Of a stretch of DNA of 64,000 nucleotides, positions 38,498 through 47,219 are shown piece after piece (the first letter of the stretch is position 1; each line of letters begins with the position of its first letter). The notes under the pieces are model-generated. The model made no database searches, was not told the DNA's origin, and saw nothing but the letters and a program-made list of their open reading frames with translations. Source of the DNA: Dehalococcoidia bacterium. GTDB lineage: Bacteria; Chloroflexota; Dehalococcoidia; Lucifugimonadales; UBA3495. The position numbers were made by a program, and so were the translations under genes. The stretch spans positions 711,081-775,080 of the forward strand of contig OZ245439.1 in NCBI GenBank assembly GCA_965226875.1. The letters are read 5' to 3'.

Positions 38498-38842
38498 TCC
38501 AGCCGAGCCGCTCGCGTCAGTCTACGCCCGGAATCTGGTATGCTAGCGTTGGTCTAGCACTTGGCTCTCTTGGACCAACAATCTCCGGCCCCGAGCAGCC
38601 GAACGCTCGTAAGACGACTTGGTTGCCACAGGTCCGGCATCTGTCCTTAAGATGTCCCGCTTGAGCTTTTGCTAACACCGCTTCAGCCGCGCCAGCCAAC
38701 CCGACTTGGTGCCGTGAGCTTAAGTCGAGACTGGGACTATAGGTGTCTGCGTCTTGTCGACCGCCACTCTGCTGATTCTGTCCCCAGGCCTCCCGCTCAT
38801 CACTATCCCCACCGCACCGAAGCTCAGAGAAGGGTGAGAACA

Positions 38843-40135
38843 TTGTTCTATGGGTGGATAATGGTCAGCGCGGCCTTGTTCGTTAACGGCCTGTCGAGCG
38901 GCCCGGTCTGGAGTGGTGTCGGCGTCTGGATCAAGGCACTGGAGTTGCAGTTCGGATGGAGCCGCACCCAGTTGACTGGCGCGTTTTCCATGGCTCAGCT
39001 CGAGGGCAGCATCATCGGGCCTTTGATGGGATACCTGATCGACCGGCTGGATTCCCGCCGGATGGTCCTCATCGGGATGATGATAACCGGCTTGGGCTTT
39101 CTCCTATTCAGCCGCACCGCGAACATTTACATCTTTTACCTGTCCTACGGGCTGATCATGCTGGGTACGGCGGCGGGTACCTGGCTGCCGTATATGACCG
39201 TGGTCAACCGGTGGTTCGTGCGAAGGCGGGGCATGGCCATGGCGGTTGCCGCCGAGGGTTCGCCACTGGGCGGTCTGGTGCTGGTGCCGATCCTGGCGTG
39301 GGCAGTTACGCCCGGCAATCACGGCTGGAGCGTCACCGCCCAATGGATTGGGGTGGTGTTCCTGTGCCTGGCGTGGCCGATGTCTTGGTTGGTCCGGGAA
39401 CGCCCGGAAGACCATGGGCTACTGCCTGATGGAGACCCACCGGACCAAGCGGTGCGCGAAGCGGCCAGACCCGCTGGGAGAGCGGCCTCGCCAGACCAAC
39501 TGAATTTCACCGCGCGGCAAGCAATCCGAACCCACGCATTCTGGCTGATCACTTTCGGCCACGCCTGCTCTACCATACTTTTCGCAACCTTGACCGTGCA
39601 CCTTGTGCCCATGTTGACGGACCAGGGCTTGTCCCTGCAGTCGGCGGCATACGTGTTTTCGGTGGTCATGGGGTCGGCCGCGATCTTTCAGTTAATCGGC
39701 GGCTACGTCGGGGACAGGATCCAAATAAACATCGCCATTGCCATCTTCGGCTTTATTCAGGCGGGCGGCTTTCTCATGGCGGTGTTGATCGATAGTCTCC
39801 CGATGGCGATGCTCTTTGCCATAACTTTCGGCGCAGGATTCGGCGGGAGAAATCCGCTTACCACCGCGATACGCGGCGACTACTTCGGCAAAAACGCCTT
39901 TGCCACCATCACCGGCATTTCCAGCGCCCCCATGTACGTGTTCATGTTGGCCGCCCCGCTCTTCGCGGCGTTCCTGTTCGACTCGACCGGAAGCTACACC
40001 GTTGCGTTCCTGGTAATCGGAAGTCTGGGAATGATGAGCGGCGTTCTGTTTATGCTAGCCAAAAAGCCGACCTCTCTTCCGTTGGACAGAAGAGCTTCTG
40101 CTACTCCCCGCCCGGCCGGGCCCGGCGTCGGCTGA
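38843..40135 (+). CDS. MFS transporter (oxalate/formate-antiporter-like)
   Basis: TTG 38843 chosen (AAGGGTGAG upstream): FYGWIMVSAALFVNG... with about 12 TM segments. Start uncertain (alternatives 38834, 38861). Confidence 0.75.
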   Translation: MFYGWIMVSAALFVNGLSSGPVWSGVGVWIKALELQFGWSRTQLTGAFSMAQLEGSIIGPLMGYLIDRLDSRRMVLIGMMITGLGFLLFSRTANIYIFYLSYGLIMLGTAAGTWLPYMTVVNRWFVRRRGMAMAVAAEGSPLGGLVLVPILAWAVTPGNHGWSVTAQWIGVVFLCLAWPMSWLVRERPEDHGLLPDGDPPDQAVREAARPAGRAASPDQLNFTARQAIRTHAFWLITFGHACSTILFATLTVHLVPMLTDQGLSLQSAAYVFSVVMGSAAIFQLIGGYVGDRIQINIAIAIFGFIQAGGFLMAVLIDSLPMAMLFAITFGAGFGGRNPLTTAIRGDYFGKNAFATITGISSAPMYVFMLAAPLFAAFLFDSTGSYTVAFLVIGSLGMMSGVLFMLAKKPTSLPLDRRASATPRPAGPGVG

Positions 40136-40248
40136 GGTTCTCGCTGCGCATCGGGAGGGCGGGCGTCATGACAAGGCGCTCCTTGCCGGAAAGCATGGGC
40201 CGCAGGAGCGTTACAGCTTGGCCGATCAGGTCACTATTGACCTCTCGG

Positions 40249-40737
40249 TTACGTCAGAAGTTTGTCGGCTAACTCGATGAAGTCGTCCACGATGATGTCG
40301 GGCTGGTACTCCGAGTCTTCGGTGGGGAGCTTGTACCGGTTGACGTAGGCCGCTTTGAAGCCGCAGGCCTGGGCACCCAGGATATCGAAAGCGTGCGCGG
40401 CGACCATCATGATCTCCCCGGGTTCGCACCCCAGCCGCTGTATCGCCTTGCGGTATATCCTTGGCGAAGGCTTGAACGCGCCAACCTGATCCACGGATAT
40501 TATGGCGTCGAACCTTACCGGGACGTTGTTGCCCAGCAGCTCCTCCAAGTACCACTGCTCCCCGTTGGAAAGGGCAATCAGCTTGTAACGCTCCGCCAGC
40601 GACTGCAGCCCTTCAATGGCGTTTCCGTAAGGCTTCAGGCCCTTGTAGACCTCCATAAACTCCTGCACCGCGCCGGGGGTGTAGCTGACGTTGTGCTTCT
40701 TTAGGCAGTAAACGAAGGCCCGGCGGCAGGTCTCTAA
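40249..40737 (-). pseudogene. HAD-superfamily hydrolase (haloacid dehalogenase type II-like), 5-prime truncated
   Basis: ...LSNGEQWYLEELL...VGAFKPSPRIY...MVAAHAFDILGAQACGFKAAYVNR. The open frame runs directly into the R155 terminus at 40734. Confidence 0.65.
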
Positions 40738-40886
40738 ACTAAGGCCAAGGTGGGATCGACATTTCTGAGATGATGACGGCAGGTCAGCGCTGCCAACTAA
40801 AGCTTTACCGTCCGCACATTGAAGTCAGTCCTCCCCCGGTCACCGAGTATCCTTCGAATGCGCATTTCACCTTGGCTTTGGTTTAG
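40734..40886 (+). repeat. R155 element, subtype c
   Basis: Conserved termini. Interior differs from subtypes a and b but is related to 44358-44509. Confidence 0.9.
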
Positions 40887-42116
40887 TACCGTTTCCAGAT
40901 AGATTTACAAGAATATGAGAAGGCAGCCATACTTGGGCATGATCTTTCTGTGGGGGAGTATCCAGACATGGCTGCCATCAAATATAAAGTCGAGCTGGCT
41001 GAATCCGAACGCTCCCGTCTCAATGAGGTTTCCCACCGGGGCAAACCGTCAGTCCGCACCGTCAAGCGGGCGCTGGCGTTGCTCAAAGCGGATGAAGGAC
41101 TTCGGGACGCTGAGATAGCCGGTGCGCTTTTGATCAACGCCGCCACCGTTGCCAGAGTGCGGAAGCGGTTCGTCGAGGAAGGACTTGAGGCCGCCATCAA
41201 TGACAAGCCACGGCCGGGCCGTGAGCGCAAGCTGAGCGGCAGACAGGAAGCGCACCTCGTCGCCATCGCATGCAGCAATGCGCCCGAAGGACACACGAAC
41301 TGGACGCTCCATCTGCTGGCGGACAAGGTGGTGGAGCTGGAGTTTGCCGGGAGCATCTCCCTGGAGACGGTGCGCCAGATACTCAAAAAAACGAACTCAA
41401 GCCGTGGAAGAAGAAAGAATGGTGCACTCCCAAGGTGAGCGGGGAGTTCGTCGCCCGGATGGAGGACGTGCTGGACCCCGTATCCAGTACGGGGCAGGCT
41501 CTTTATCACGAAGAGTATGACCGGGAGCGTCCGGTGGTGTGTTTCGACGAGACCTCCAAGCAGTTGCTCGGGGACGTGAGGCCGCCCGTCAAAGCCAAGC
41601 CCGGACGGGTGGAGCGCTATGACACCGAGTACCAGCGAAACGGGACCCGGAACCTGTTCATGTTCTGTGAACCGAAGGGTGGGTGGAGGCACGTCGAGGT
41701 GACCGGGCACCGCACTGCCGTTGACTTCGCGCACCGGATGAAGTGGCTGGTGGACGAGGCATATTCTGACGCCACGGTGATCCGACTGGTGTTGGACAAT
41801 CTCAACACCCACAAGTTGGGCTCGCTCTACGAAGCGTTTGCACCGTCCGAGGCGCGCCGCATAGCCAAGCGCCTGGAGTTTCACCACACACCCGTTCACG
41901 GAAGCTGGCTGAACATGGCTGAAATCGAGTTGAGCGTATTCAGCAGGCAGTGTCTGAACCGCCGGATCGGCGATGAAGCGTTGCTGAGACGGGAGGTCGC
42001 AGCACTCGAACGCGAGCGCAACGATGCTGGCGCCATCATAGACTGGCGGTTCTCCACTCGGGACGCTCGCAGTAAGCTCAAACATGTCTATCCAATAGAA
42101 TTAAATTGAAACGGTA
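40886..42116 (+). mobile_element. IS630-family element type B, copy 2 (1231 bp)
   Basis: TA flanks (40884-85, 42117-18). Carries a 24-bp in-frame insertion relative to copy 1. Confidence 0.9.
40950..42109 (+). CDS. IS630-B transposase (two frames, -1 frameshift at A7)
   Basis: ORFs 40950-41438 and 41270-42109; no nonsense codon in this copy. Confidence 0.8.
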
Positions 42117-42378
42117 CTAGCCACCACAAGATTCACGCGATTCGCAAAATTGCAATGATGGAATTATGCTTTTCATAGTGGTAAATTCTTGTATGCAAAT
42201 TTCGTCCCATAACGCTAAAATGTGGCACCTTCCCGTTAATCGTTCAAACTGCTGCGGACATACCAAGCTTCCGCATGAAACCGAGCTTCAATCTCAGCGG
42301 CCTGCAAGTAGAATCCGGACACCTCCATTGGAACCATAGGCACTACAAATATATACGGCAGATGAAAAGGGGTTCGCC

Positions 42379-43365
42379 ATGTCCACCTTGCAAACCAACA
42401 CGGCTTACCGGATGGGGGAGCGCTACGGCCGGCACCCGGACGACGGCAAGTATCCCGGAACTCTGATTATCGTAGAGGGCATAGACGGCTCGGGCAAAAG
42501 CACTCAGATTGACCTGCTTCAGAAATGGCTCAACAGTCGCAACCTGGTAACGGTATTCACCCAGTGGAATTCATCTCCCATTGTCCGGCGCACCACCAAG
42601 CAAGCAAAGGTGGAGGGACTGCTCACTCCGATGTCCTTCAGCCTCATTCACGCCGCCGATTTCACCAACCGGGTTCACGCGCAGATACTGCCGGCCCTTT
42701 GGGCCGGGGCCATTGTTCTGGCCGACCGCTATGTTTACACCGCCTTCGCCCGTGATGCGGCGCGGGGCGTAAATCGCGACTGGCTGCGGCGTATCTATTC
42801 CTTCGCAGTGGAGCCGACGCTGGCCCTGTACTTCAAAGTCCCATTGGACGTGTCCATTCACCGTATTAGGTTCTGTTGACATTTGCATTTGTAACCGATG
42901 TGCAGGCCCATTTCATGTCATTCCAAGTGCAGGAAAGCACTAATGGCCTTGAATCGGAGTGATAAGTCCAGGATTCTTCGTCGCTATTTCCCTGGAATGA
43001 CCCGCAACAGCGAAATGTCAACAGAACCTAATACCGGCCGCGAGAAACTGGGGTTCTACGAATCGGGGCAGGATATGGGCTTCTCCACCGACCGGGAAGA
43101 ATCTTTCCGCATCTTCCAGGGCAAGCTGTTGGAAGAGTACGAGGCCATGACGGAAGAATTCGGCATGATGACCATTGACGCCACGCAGCCAATTGCCGTG
43201 CAACAACAATTGTTACGCCGCTACGTTGAGCCGCTCATCGAAAATGCGATGCCGATACACGGGCAAAGCGTGCCGGAGGCATTGGGCAACGCTGGCCTGA
43301 CCGGACGCTACGTAAAACCGCCGGTTCCGCGCAGACTGACAGAGCAGGACATCGCCGGCCGGTAG
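42379..43365 (+). pseudogene. Thymidylate-kinase-like P-loop protein 1, interrupted by a 160-bp MITE
   Basis: LIIVEGIDGSGKSTQ (P-loop), LADRYVYT. Removing 42869-43030 restores ...VSIHRINTGREKLGFYESG... (274 aa). Confidence 0.75.
42869..43028. mobile_element. 160-bp MITE derived from IS5-family element type b
   Basis: TIRs GGTTCTGTTGACATTT / AAATGTCAACAGAACC with TA flanks. Same ends as the 809-bp IS at 61122-61930. Second copy 59044-59203. Confidence 0.85.
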
Positions 43366-43410
43366 GCCACGGCCGCGTTTTGCCGGGCCAACGGTATTGG
43401 GAGTCAAACG

Positions 43411-44109
43411 ATGACTACATTCACTTTCTACGGCCATACTCCCCCCGGAATAGGCGAAGAAACTACCCCGGGACGCTTGGTCGTGGTGGAAGGAACCGAC
43501 GGTGTGGGACGCTCGACGCAGATTGCCATGTTGCAGGAGTGGCTGGAATCCGAAGGCTATGCCGTATTGGTGACCGGTTTCCGCCGCTCGGAACTGGCCG
43601 CATCGGGAATCGACCGGGCCATGCGCGGCAACACACTGGACGCCCTAACGCTGAACCTGTTTTATGCCACCGACTTCTGGGACCGGCTGGAGAAGAACAT
43701 CGTGCCTGCCCTGCGCACCGGCATGGTAGCACTGGTGGACCGGTACATCTTCTCCATCATCGCGCGAGCGAGGGTGCGAGGGGTGCCGGCCCGTTGGCTG
43801 AACGACGTCTTTGACTTCGCCTTGGTGCCCGACTTGGTGCTCTACTTGGACGTGGATGTGGAACACCTGTTGCCAAGGGTGCTTTCGGTGCGCCAACTGG
43901 ACCACTGGGAGTCAGGCGAGGACTTCCTCCGCGGGCCGGATTTGTACGACAATTTCATCCGCTATCAGAGCGCGCTAATCGAAGAGTTCCGCAGCCTGGC
44001 CAAGCATCACAATTTCGTGACCGTGGATGGCCGGGGCAGCGTGGGCGACGTTTTCCAAGCCCTGAAAACCGAGGTGCAGAAAGCGCTCCAGGGGATGGGA
44101 GAGGAATAA
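43411..44109 (+). CDS. Thymidylate-kinase-like P-loop protein 2
   Basis: 232 aa; LVVVEGTDGVGRSTQ (P-loop), LVDRYIFS. Paralogous to the upstream gene. Confidence 0.75.
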   Translation: MTTFTFYGHTPPGIGEETTPGRLVVVEGTDGVGRSTQIAMLQEWLESEGYAVLVTGFRRSELAASGIDRAMRGNTLDALTLNLFYATDFWDRLEKNIVPALRTGMVALVDRYIFSIIARARVRGVPARWLNDVFDFALVPDLVLYLDVDVEHLLPRVLSVRQLDHWESGEDFLRGPDLYDNFIRYQSALIEEFRSLAKHHNFVTVDGRGSVGDVFQALKTEVQKALQGMGEE

Positions 44110-44229
44110 GAAACTATCTCAAAATCAACTGGCCCTCCTGATATACCGGCATCGCTGACCAAAGCTCATAGATTCCCGCCTTCGCGGGGATGATGGGTTG
44201 GGTGCCGCGCCACGTTTTGAGATAGTCTC
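44110..44229. repeat. 120-bp TIR-bounded small element
   Basis: GAAACTATCTCAAAA...TTTTGAGATAGTCTC (15-bp IR, one mismatch) enclosing ATTCCCGCCTTCGCGGGGATGAT. Confidence 0.7.
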
Positions 44230-44232
44230 TTA

Positions 44233-44358
44233 GTAGTCCGAAATCTTTGGAATGATGAGTTGATCGGTACAGGACTTTCCCTCGGGCATACTGGGCTTAT
44301 GAAGACGATCCCCAAGCAATCTGGCATTTTACACGTCATTTCAAGGATGTTGGTCTAC
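44233..44358 (+). mobile_element. 126-bp IS630-A-derived MITE (intact)
   Basis: GTAGTCCGAAATCTTTGGAATG...CATTTCAAGGATGTTGGTCTAC; TA flanks (44231-32, 44359-60). Confidence 0.8.
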
Positions 44359-44509
44359 TAAACTAAAGCCAAGGTGGGATCTACATTTCTGAGATGATGA
44401 GAGCAGATCAGCGCTGCCAAGAGAAGCTCTCCCGCCCGCTCATTGAAGCCACTCCGCCCTCGTTGTCAGGTATCCTTCAAATGCGCATTTCACCTTGGCT
44501 TTGGTTTAG
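44358..44509 (+). repeat. R155 element, subtype c-prime
   Basis: Conserved termini; interior related to 40734-40886. Confidence 0.9.
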
Positions 44510-44762
44510 TCATCCGGGTTCGACAATCTACGATTCGCCCCCGAACTGACAGAGTCGCCGGACCGCTAAGGGTGGCGCGGCTGCTTTTCCCTTGAGGTTG
44601 ACTTGGGATGCCAGTCGCGCAGTCTGGCCGGCTACACGTTTCGAAGCTTGGGATCCAGCTTGTCCCTCACCCAGTCCCCCAGCAGATTCATGGATAGCAC
44701 GGATACTAATTCGCTAGAGAGTGTCGTCAATTTAAGAATATCGGTCTCCAAGCCTCTTTTTC

Positions 44763-44877
44763 CGTCATTCCGGAGAAAGCGGGAAACCAGAATCCGTTAG
44801 AATCCGGTAGCTGGCAAATACGCATTTGCTGCCAATGGCCTTTGGATTCCTGCTTTCGCGGGACGGTGAATATGACG
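44763..44877. repeat. 115-bp imperfect palindromic element
   Basis: CGTCATTCCGGAGAAAGCGGGAAACCAGAATCC...GGATTCCTGCTTTCGCGGGACGGTGAATATGACG with central GCAAATacgcATTTGC. Lies 8 bp beyond the tnpB stop. Confidence 0.7.
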
Positions 44878-44884
44878 ACACCCC

Positions 44885-46354
44885 CTAACAAACGTTGAGG
44901 TTTGTTGCGATGCTCCCAGAGACGTGTTGTCTCAGGAAGGGGGTATCTCCCAAAGCACGAAGGAAAGTCCCCCGTGCGCCGTTGATGTCCCGGTCCATCC
45001 TCTGTCCATCGGAGGATCTGACCGTTTTGCGTCCGCCCAGGTTATGGATTATTTCTCCGGTCCAGCTCACGGTCTTCGAGGTGTAGGCCTCGTTGACCAC
45101 CAGCACGGTCCTGCCGTTTTCGGCAGCCTTGTGCTGGAGGAAGTTCCTGAACCGGTGATGGGCGTAGTTGAGCAGGTTGCGGACGGTCTTTGATCTGATC
45201 TTGCGATGTCCCCTGATCACGACTTCGGATGATTTGAAGGCGGGCAGGAGGATGACGTCGAAGTTATCCACGAGGTACCGGGCGGTCTTGTGGTGGAGCT
45301 CATTTATCAGGTTCTGAATCCTGACGGTCATTCTTTCGGCGGCCCTGCGCATGTTGCGCCGTTTTCCTGACGGCGCCTGCGTAGCACGGGACAACAGGTT
45401 GTCCTGGTGCTGGCACAGCCTCTGGATTCGTCCGAAATCGTTTTCTCCCAGCTTTCCGCAGCCGTCTTCGGAGAACCATGCGATGAAGTTTCTCACTCCC
45501 GGGTCGAGGGCAACCACTTTGACTTGGTCTGGTGCCTTCGGCTGCAGATTGCTCTCACCCAGGTGGGGTCCCATTCTTTTGAAGGGGACGCTGAGGTGGT
45601 ACTGGTGGTGCCTCAGTGTCAGCTTGGCGTCCCCGTGGGCGTGGGGTATTGGTTCCCTCTTTTTCAGTGGTCCCAGGAGGGTGTGATAGACGCCCCGGTG
45701 GCTGAGGGCGGATGCGTGGATGAAAATGGTCTGGCTGGGATTCTTCCGGGAGCGGAAACGTGCTCTCGCATAGGTCTGCTCTTTTCTGATGCCCTTGCCT
45801 TGGTCGGCGGCAAGTTCCCGGTTGAATTTCTTGACCGCGCTGACCGCCAGGCAGGCCTCTCGGACGGCGTTGCTCTTCACCTCATAGGGAGCGGGCTTGG
45901 TCCATTCGGGGAGACTGGATAGGATGTCCTTCTTGACCCCGAGCCAGGAGGCTTTTGGGGCTCCGTCCGAGTTGAGGAGTTCGATGGTGCGGTTGTAGGT
46001 GAACCGGGCGGCGTCGAACCAGAGTTTAAGCTTGGCTTTCTGCTGCCGGTCTGGGTAGATTCTTATCCTCTTGGATTTCCTTCCGGTACCTGCGGAGTCC
46101 GTTGGCTCTGGCAGAGAAGACAGTAAGGATGGCGAGTAGATCCTGGGTGAGTTCCTCTGGGGGGCTGAGATCTCGCTGGTTGAGAACCAGGAGTTCGCCA
46201 CCGTTTTGCTGGAGCATCTGCTCGATGAGCTCGGTGCCGAAGCGGGCGAGGCGGTCCCGGTAGGCAACCACAAGTGTGAGTTTATCTCCGCGATGAAGTC
46301 GCTCCAGTAGGGACGCAAGTCCTTTCCGCCGGTAGTTGAGTCCTGAGGCGACAT
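44885..46354 (-). CDS. tnpB: TnpB (IS607 type A), complete C-terminus; true start unresolved
   Basis: 489-aa ORF: RIRIYPDRQQKAKLKLWFDAARFTYN, VALDPGVRNF, VILLPAFKSSEVV, VNEAYTSKTVSWTGEII...MDRDINGARGTF. All four zinc-finger Cys positions are substituted. Confidence 0.8.
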   Translation of the reverse strand: MSPQDSTTGGKDLRPYWSDFIAEINSHLWLPTGTASPASAPSSSSRCSSKTVANSWFSTSEISAPQRNSPRIYSPSLLSSLPEPTDSAGTGRKSKRIRIYPDRQQKAKLKLWFDAARFTYNRTIELLNSDGAPKASWLGVKKDILSSLPEWTKPAPYEVKSNAVREACLAVSAVKKFNRELAADQGKGIRKEQTYARARFRSRKNPSQTIFIHASALSHRGVYHTLLGPLKKREPIPHAHGDAKLTLRHHQYHLSVPFKRMGPHLGESNLQPKAPDQVKVVALDPGVRNFIAWFSEDGCGKLGENDFGRIQRLCQHQDNLLSRATQAPSGKRRNMRRAAERMTVRIQNLINELHHKTARYLVDNFDVILLPAFKSSEVVIRGHRKIRSKTVRNLLNYAHHRFRNFLQHKAAENGRTVLVVNEAYTSKTVSWTGEIIHNLGGRKTVRSSDGQRMDRDINGARGTFLRALGDTPFLRQHVSGSIATNLNVC

Positions 46355-46619
46355 CGGTGATTACCTCGGCGTCGGGATAGTGTTGCTGCATGAAAGCGAC
46401 CTGGCGTTGGAGATCGCCGGTCTGTTTGTGGCTGGAGACCCGGCAATAGCAGACGGTGGAGCTGGGTTTGGAGTTACCGAGGTAGGTTTGGACGTCATAT
46501 CGTCGTTGTCCGCTCTGGGTTTTGATGGAGGGGATGATTCCGGCGTCGGCGTATCGTCGGAGGGTGTGAGGATGGAGGCCCAATATCTTGGCGGCTTCCC
46601 GTGAGGGCAGGTACTGCAT
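46026..46619 (-). CDS. tnpA: IS607-type serine recombinase TnpA (type A)
   Basis: Identical translation to 9064-9657. Confidence 0.9.
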   Translation of the reverse strand: MQYLPSREAAKILGLHPHTLRRYADAGIIPSIKTQSGQRRYDVQTYLGNSKPSSTVCYCRVSSHKQTGDLQRQVAFMQQHYPDAEVITDVASGLNYRRKGLASLLERLHRGDKLTLVVAYRDRLARFGTELIEQMLQQNGGELLVLNQRDLSPPEELTQDLLAILTVFSARANGLRRYRKEIQEDKNLPRPAAESQA

Positions 46620-46687
46620 GTGATGATTATAATGGTTGTTGCGTGCTTATCACCATTATAGGCTACTGCAGTTTACGGTTCCCTCGT

Positions 46688-47094
46688 TCATTCTTCCGTG
46701 TTGGTCATTTCCAGGGCGTCGACCGGTATCAGCCTCTTCGAGTGGGGATCCACTGCCAGCATGGCGTCTTCTAGGGCCATGGCCCCCAGCAGGTTCTGTT
46801 CTCCATCCTCTCCGAAGGTCACCGGTGTGGGGAACTCCTTCCCCTCCAGCCGGATTACCGTTCCAGCCGGATTACCGTCCTGCCTCGGGTCCGTTCCACG
46901 CGGCTTCCGTCGGCGAGCTCGGCGGTGTAGGTGCTTTCCACTGGGACGCCTAGCCGTTCCAGCAGGTCTCTGGGGGCCTTGGTGAACGTGGCCCCGGTAT
47001 CCACGAGCATCTCCACTGCTTCGAAGTGCTGGCCTCGTGGGTCAGCTATCTCAACTGTTATTCGGAAAGTTCCCATTCCTGTCCTTTTCCCCAT
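46688..47094 (-). pseudogene. Retropepsin-like aspartic protease disrupted by a 17-bp tandem duplication
   Basis: MLVDTGATF active site. TCCAGCCGGATTACCGT occurs twice in tandem (46845-61, 46862-78). Removing one copy restores ...VIRLEGKEFPTPVTFGEDGEQNLLGAMALEDAMLAVDP... Confidence 0.75.
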
Positions 47095-47219
47095 GCGGGC
47101 CGCTGCCTGTGGTCATTCTAGCTGCCGCAGGCGGTGATCAACGACAATTAGTCTTGCCGGTGGCGACGACTATTTTTGCCGGTCACATGTGGTAATCATT
47201 CGGTACAGGAGGTGCCGGA

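Larger units (their letters stand above)
44885..46680 (-). mobile_element. IS607-family element type A, copy 2 (left end at 46680; right end beyond the tnpB stop not resolved)
   Basis: Complete tnpA and tnpB. The left end matches copy 1 up to ...GTTTACGGTT (46680). Confidence 0.8.

Noticed and set aside
47064-47085. An 11-nt match (AAAGTTCCCAT) to the arm of the 26975-27011 palindrome, as a possible second recombination site.
   Set aside because: Only a half-arm matches, it lies inside a coding sequence (the start of the retropepsin pseudogene), and no inverted partner or spacer is present. It is treated as chance until a genome-wide search says otherwise.
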